DNA of 64,000 nt from contig CAVUZH010000020.1 in NCBI GenBank assembly GCA_963745835.1, positions 96,001 through 160,000 on the forward strand, in the 5' to 3' direction. The notes under the pieces are model-generated. The model worked only from the letters and a program-made list of their open reading frames with translations. It had not been told where the DNA came from and searched no databases. Origin of the DNA: an uncultured delta proteobacterium (lineage in GTDB: Bacteria; Desulfobacterota; Binatia; UBA9968). Both the position numbers and the translations under genes were made by a program. Every line of letters begins with the position of its first letter. Within the stretch, counting starts at the first letter, position 1. Positions 62,283 through 64,000 of the stretch are shown piece after piece.

Positions 62283-63698
62283 GTGATTCAAACCTGCAGG
62301 TCCGGTGGATGCCAGAAGCTATGGTCCTGGCTGTTGGTGACTTGCCTCCTCATTACAGGTTGCGCTTCTTACCGGTCACCGCTTCCGAGTGTCAGCCCGC
62401 CCGGTGAAGACGAGGAAACACGGATCAGCCGCGAGTTTCGCCGCGAGGCAAAAAAGCACTTTACCTACGTAAACAATCCGGAGATCGAACGGTATATCGA
62501 ACGCATCGGTCAACGGATTCTGTCAGCGATGGGTCCGCAACCATTCGAGTATCGGTTCTTTGTCATCGCAGACCCGCAGCTAAATGCGTTTGCAGTGCCC
62601 GGCGGTTCGGTCTTCTTTTACTCTGGCCTTATCGAACGGGCGAAAAGCACTTCTGAAATCGCCGGAGTCATGGGACATGAAATAGTTCACATCAAAGGAC
62701 GTCATATGGCGCGCCAGTCCGGTCCGGACGCGATTTCGCTTTTGAGTTTGGTGGGAATGCTTCTGTTGGCTCGTAGCGGCGCTGGTGCGCAAGCAGCGGG
62801 CGTCGTTGGCCAAGCGGTTTCTGCTACTCGTCAAATCGCCTATAGTCGCCAGTTGGAGATGGAAGCCGATACCCTAGGAGTACGTTACATGACAGCGGCA
62901 GGCTATGATCCTGCCGGTTCGCTTGGATTTCTCAAGACGCTGGATCAGGAGCGATCTTTAAACCCGATAGACGTGCCGGCCTATATGATGACTCATCCGA
63001 TAACCCAGGAGCGGGTCGCCAACGTTCAACTGGTCATTCGCTCCCTCGGCGATGTTCAAAGCAAATCCGAAGGTTTTGATCAGCTTAAAAAGATTCAGGT
63101 GCTTATTCGCTTGGCGCGGCAGGAGACCGATAAGGTAATCGACGAATTTCAAAAACTGGTCGCGCAAACGCCTGGCGACAGCGCCGCGTTTCATCTTTTA
63201 GCGCTGGCACAGCATCATAAAGGCCAGATGTCACAAGCAAAAGCGAACTATGAGAAGGCGCTGAAACTTAACCAGGAAGATGCAGGTTTGTACCGCGACC
63301 TCGGCCGGCTATACACCGACTCGGGCGACTTCGGCGCAGCCCGCGCTATGCTGGATAAGGCCTCCAGCATGGAACCCAAGGAACCGCTGAATTACTTCTA
63401 TCTCGGAGAATTACTGGAAAAAGAGAACGACTTACGCGCCGCGGCCGGCGCGTATCTCAATGCTCAGCAGCTTTCGCCACTCTGGGATAAACCGCCTGCC
63501 CGGCTTGGCACCATCTATGGAAATCTCGACCGGCTTGGAGATGCCTACTACTATAGGGCTCGGTCCTTATTGTTGCAGGACGAAGACGAGCGGGCGATGG
63601 CCGATCTTGAAAAGGCGATCAAAATCCTCGGCGAGAACTCTGCACGTGGGCAGACTGCCAAAGACGAACTGAATAATCTACGAGCTCGTCGGCGCTGA
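62283..63698 (+). CDS. M48 metallopeptidase with TPR repeats (BepA-like lipoprotein)
   Basis: Lipobox ITGC, NAFAVPGG, GHEIVH, E.EAD..G, THP...R, C-terminal TPRs. Confidence 0.9.
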   Translation: MIQTCRSGGCQKLWSWLLVTCLLITGCASYRSPLPSVSPPGEDEETRISREFRREAKKHFTYVNNPEIERYIERIGQRILSAMGPQPFEYRFFVIADPQLNAFAVPGGSVFFYSGLIERAKSTSEIAGVMGHEIVHIKGRHMARQSGPDAISLLSLVGMLLLARSGAGAQAAGVVGQAVSATRQIAYSRQLEMEADTLGVRYMTAAGYDPAGSLGFLKTLDQERSLNPIDVPAYMMTHPITQERVANVQLVIRSLGDVQSKSEGFDQLKKIQVLIRLARQETDKVIDEFQKLVAQTPGDSAAFHLLALAQHHKGQMSQAKANYEKALKLNQEDAGLYRDLGRLYTDSGDFGAARAMLDKASSMEPKEPLNYFYLGELLEKENDLRAAAGAYLNAQQLSPLWDKPPARLGTIYGNLDRLGDAYYYRARSLLLQDEDERAMADLEKAIKILGENSARGQTAKDELNNLRARRR

Positions 63699-64000
63699 GC
63701 CTCTACCGGCTCTGTTAGCGACGGGAAAAGAATAGATCTTGCCACGTACAGGACTTGCGTATCTGCCTTCTTTCTTGATTAGCACCTTGCGAAGGTAGTC
63801 GGGATCAAATCCTAAAAGATCGCAGATGTTGTTAAACGAAAACAGCCACTCGGTGCCTTCATCCTCGACCCATTCCAAGGCATTCTGATACTGACTATTT
63901 CCTAAATTACTTCGCGCGCCGCGATACTTATTTAGACACTCCACCGCGTCTTTCAAAATAGCGATCATCAAACGTTTCTCACCGTCAAGCTGACGCGACA
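63678..64000 (-). CDS. Hypothetical protein, N-terminus outside window
   Basis: Open to the window edge: GEKRLMIAILKDAVECL...ALEWV...FSFNNICDLLGFDPDYLR; protein-like composition. Confidence 0.6.
   Translation of the reverse strand, partial: SRQLDGEKRLMIAILKDAVECLNKYRGARSNLGNSQYQNALEWVEDEGTEWLFSFNNICDLLGFDPDYLRKVLIKKEGRYASPVRGKIYSFPVANRAGRGSAPTSS

Overview
Bacterial chromosomal window of moderately high GC. Gene content and style (many orphan solute-binding proteins, TctC-like proteins, amidohydrolases, acyl-CoA dehydrogenases, gyrB-gyrA-gpsA order) suggest a deltaproteobacterial-lineage organism, possibly Ca. Binatia; this is inference only. There are four blocks. (1) 1-26.7 kb is an accessory catabolic/transport region: deacetylases, amine oxidase, CoA-transferase plus an ACAD pair, ABC/TTT binding proteins, ComDE-like decarboxylase, LigAB-like dioxygenase and LLM, with an RHH-PIN toxin-antitoxin pair that ends in an attC-like site. 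(2) 26.7-43.3 kb is housekeeping (PMM, thiD, pyrF, proS, ispG, jag, yidC, yidD, rnpA, rpmH, gpsA, gyrA, gyrB) with dnaA/dnaN/recF absent. (3) 43.5-58.3 kb is a cobamide uptake, salvage and remodelling locus with two cobalamin riboswitches, a motif-degenerate second CobS paired with an AEC transporter, a signal-less DUF4430 protein and CbiZ. (4) 58.3-64 kb holds an ACAD, a Lon-like protease and an M48/TPR peptidase. The most notable unexplained signals are the pseudo-CobS/AEC pair, a hairpin inserted into a riboswitch loop, a ~125-bp covarying structured repeat (2 copies), 8-9-bp-period GTTCAA/TTGAAC intergenic arrays, and a sigma54-driven 45-aa small ORF. All protein calls are from motif recognition by eye; no database searches were run.
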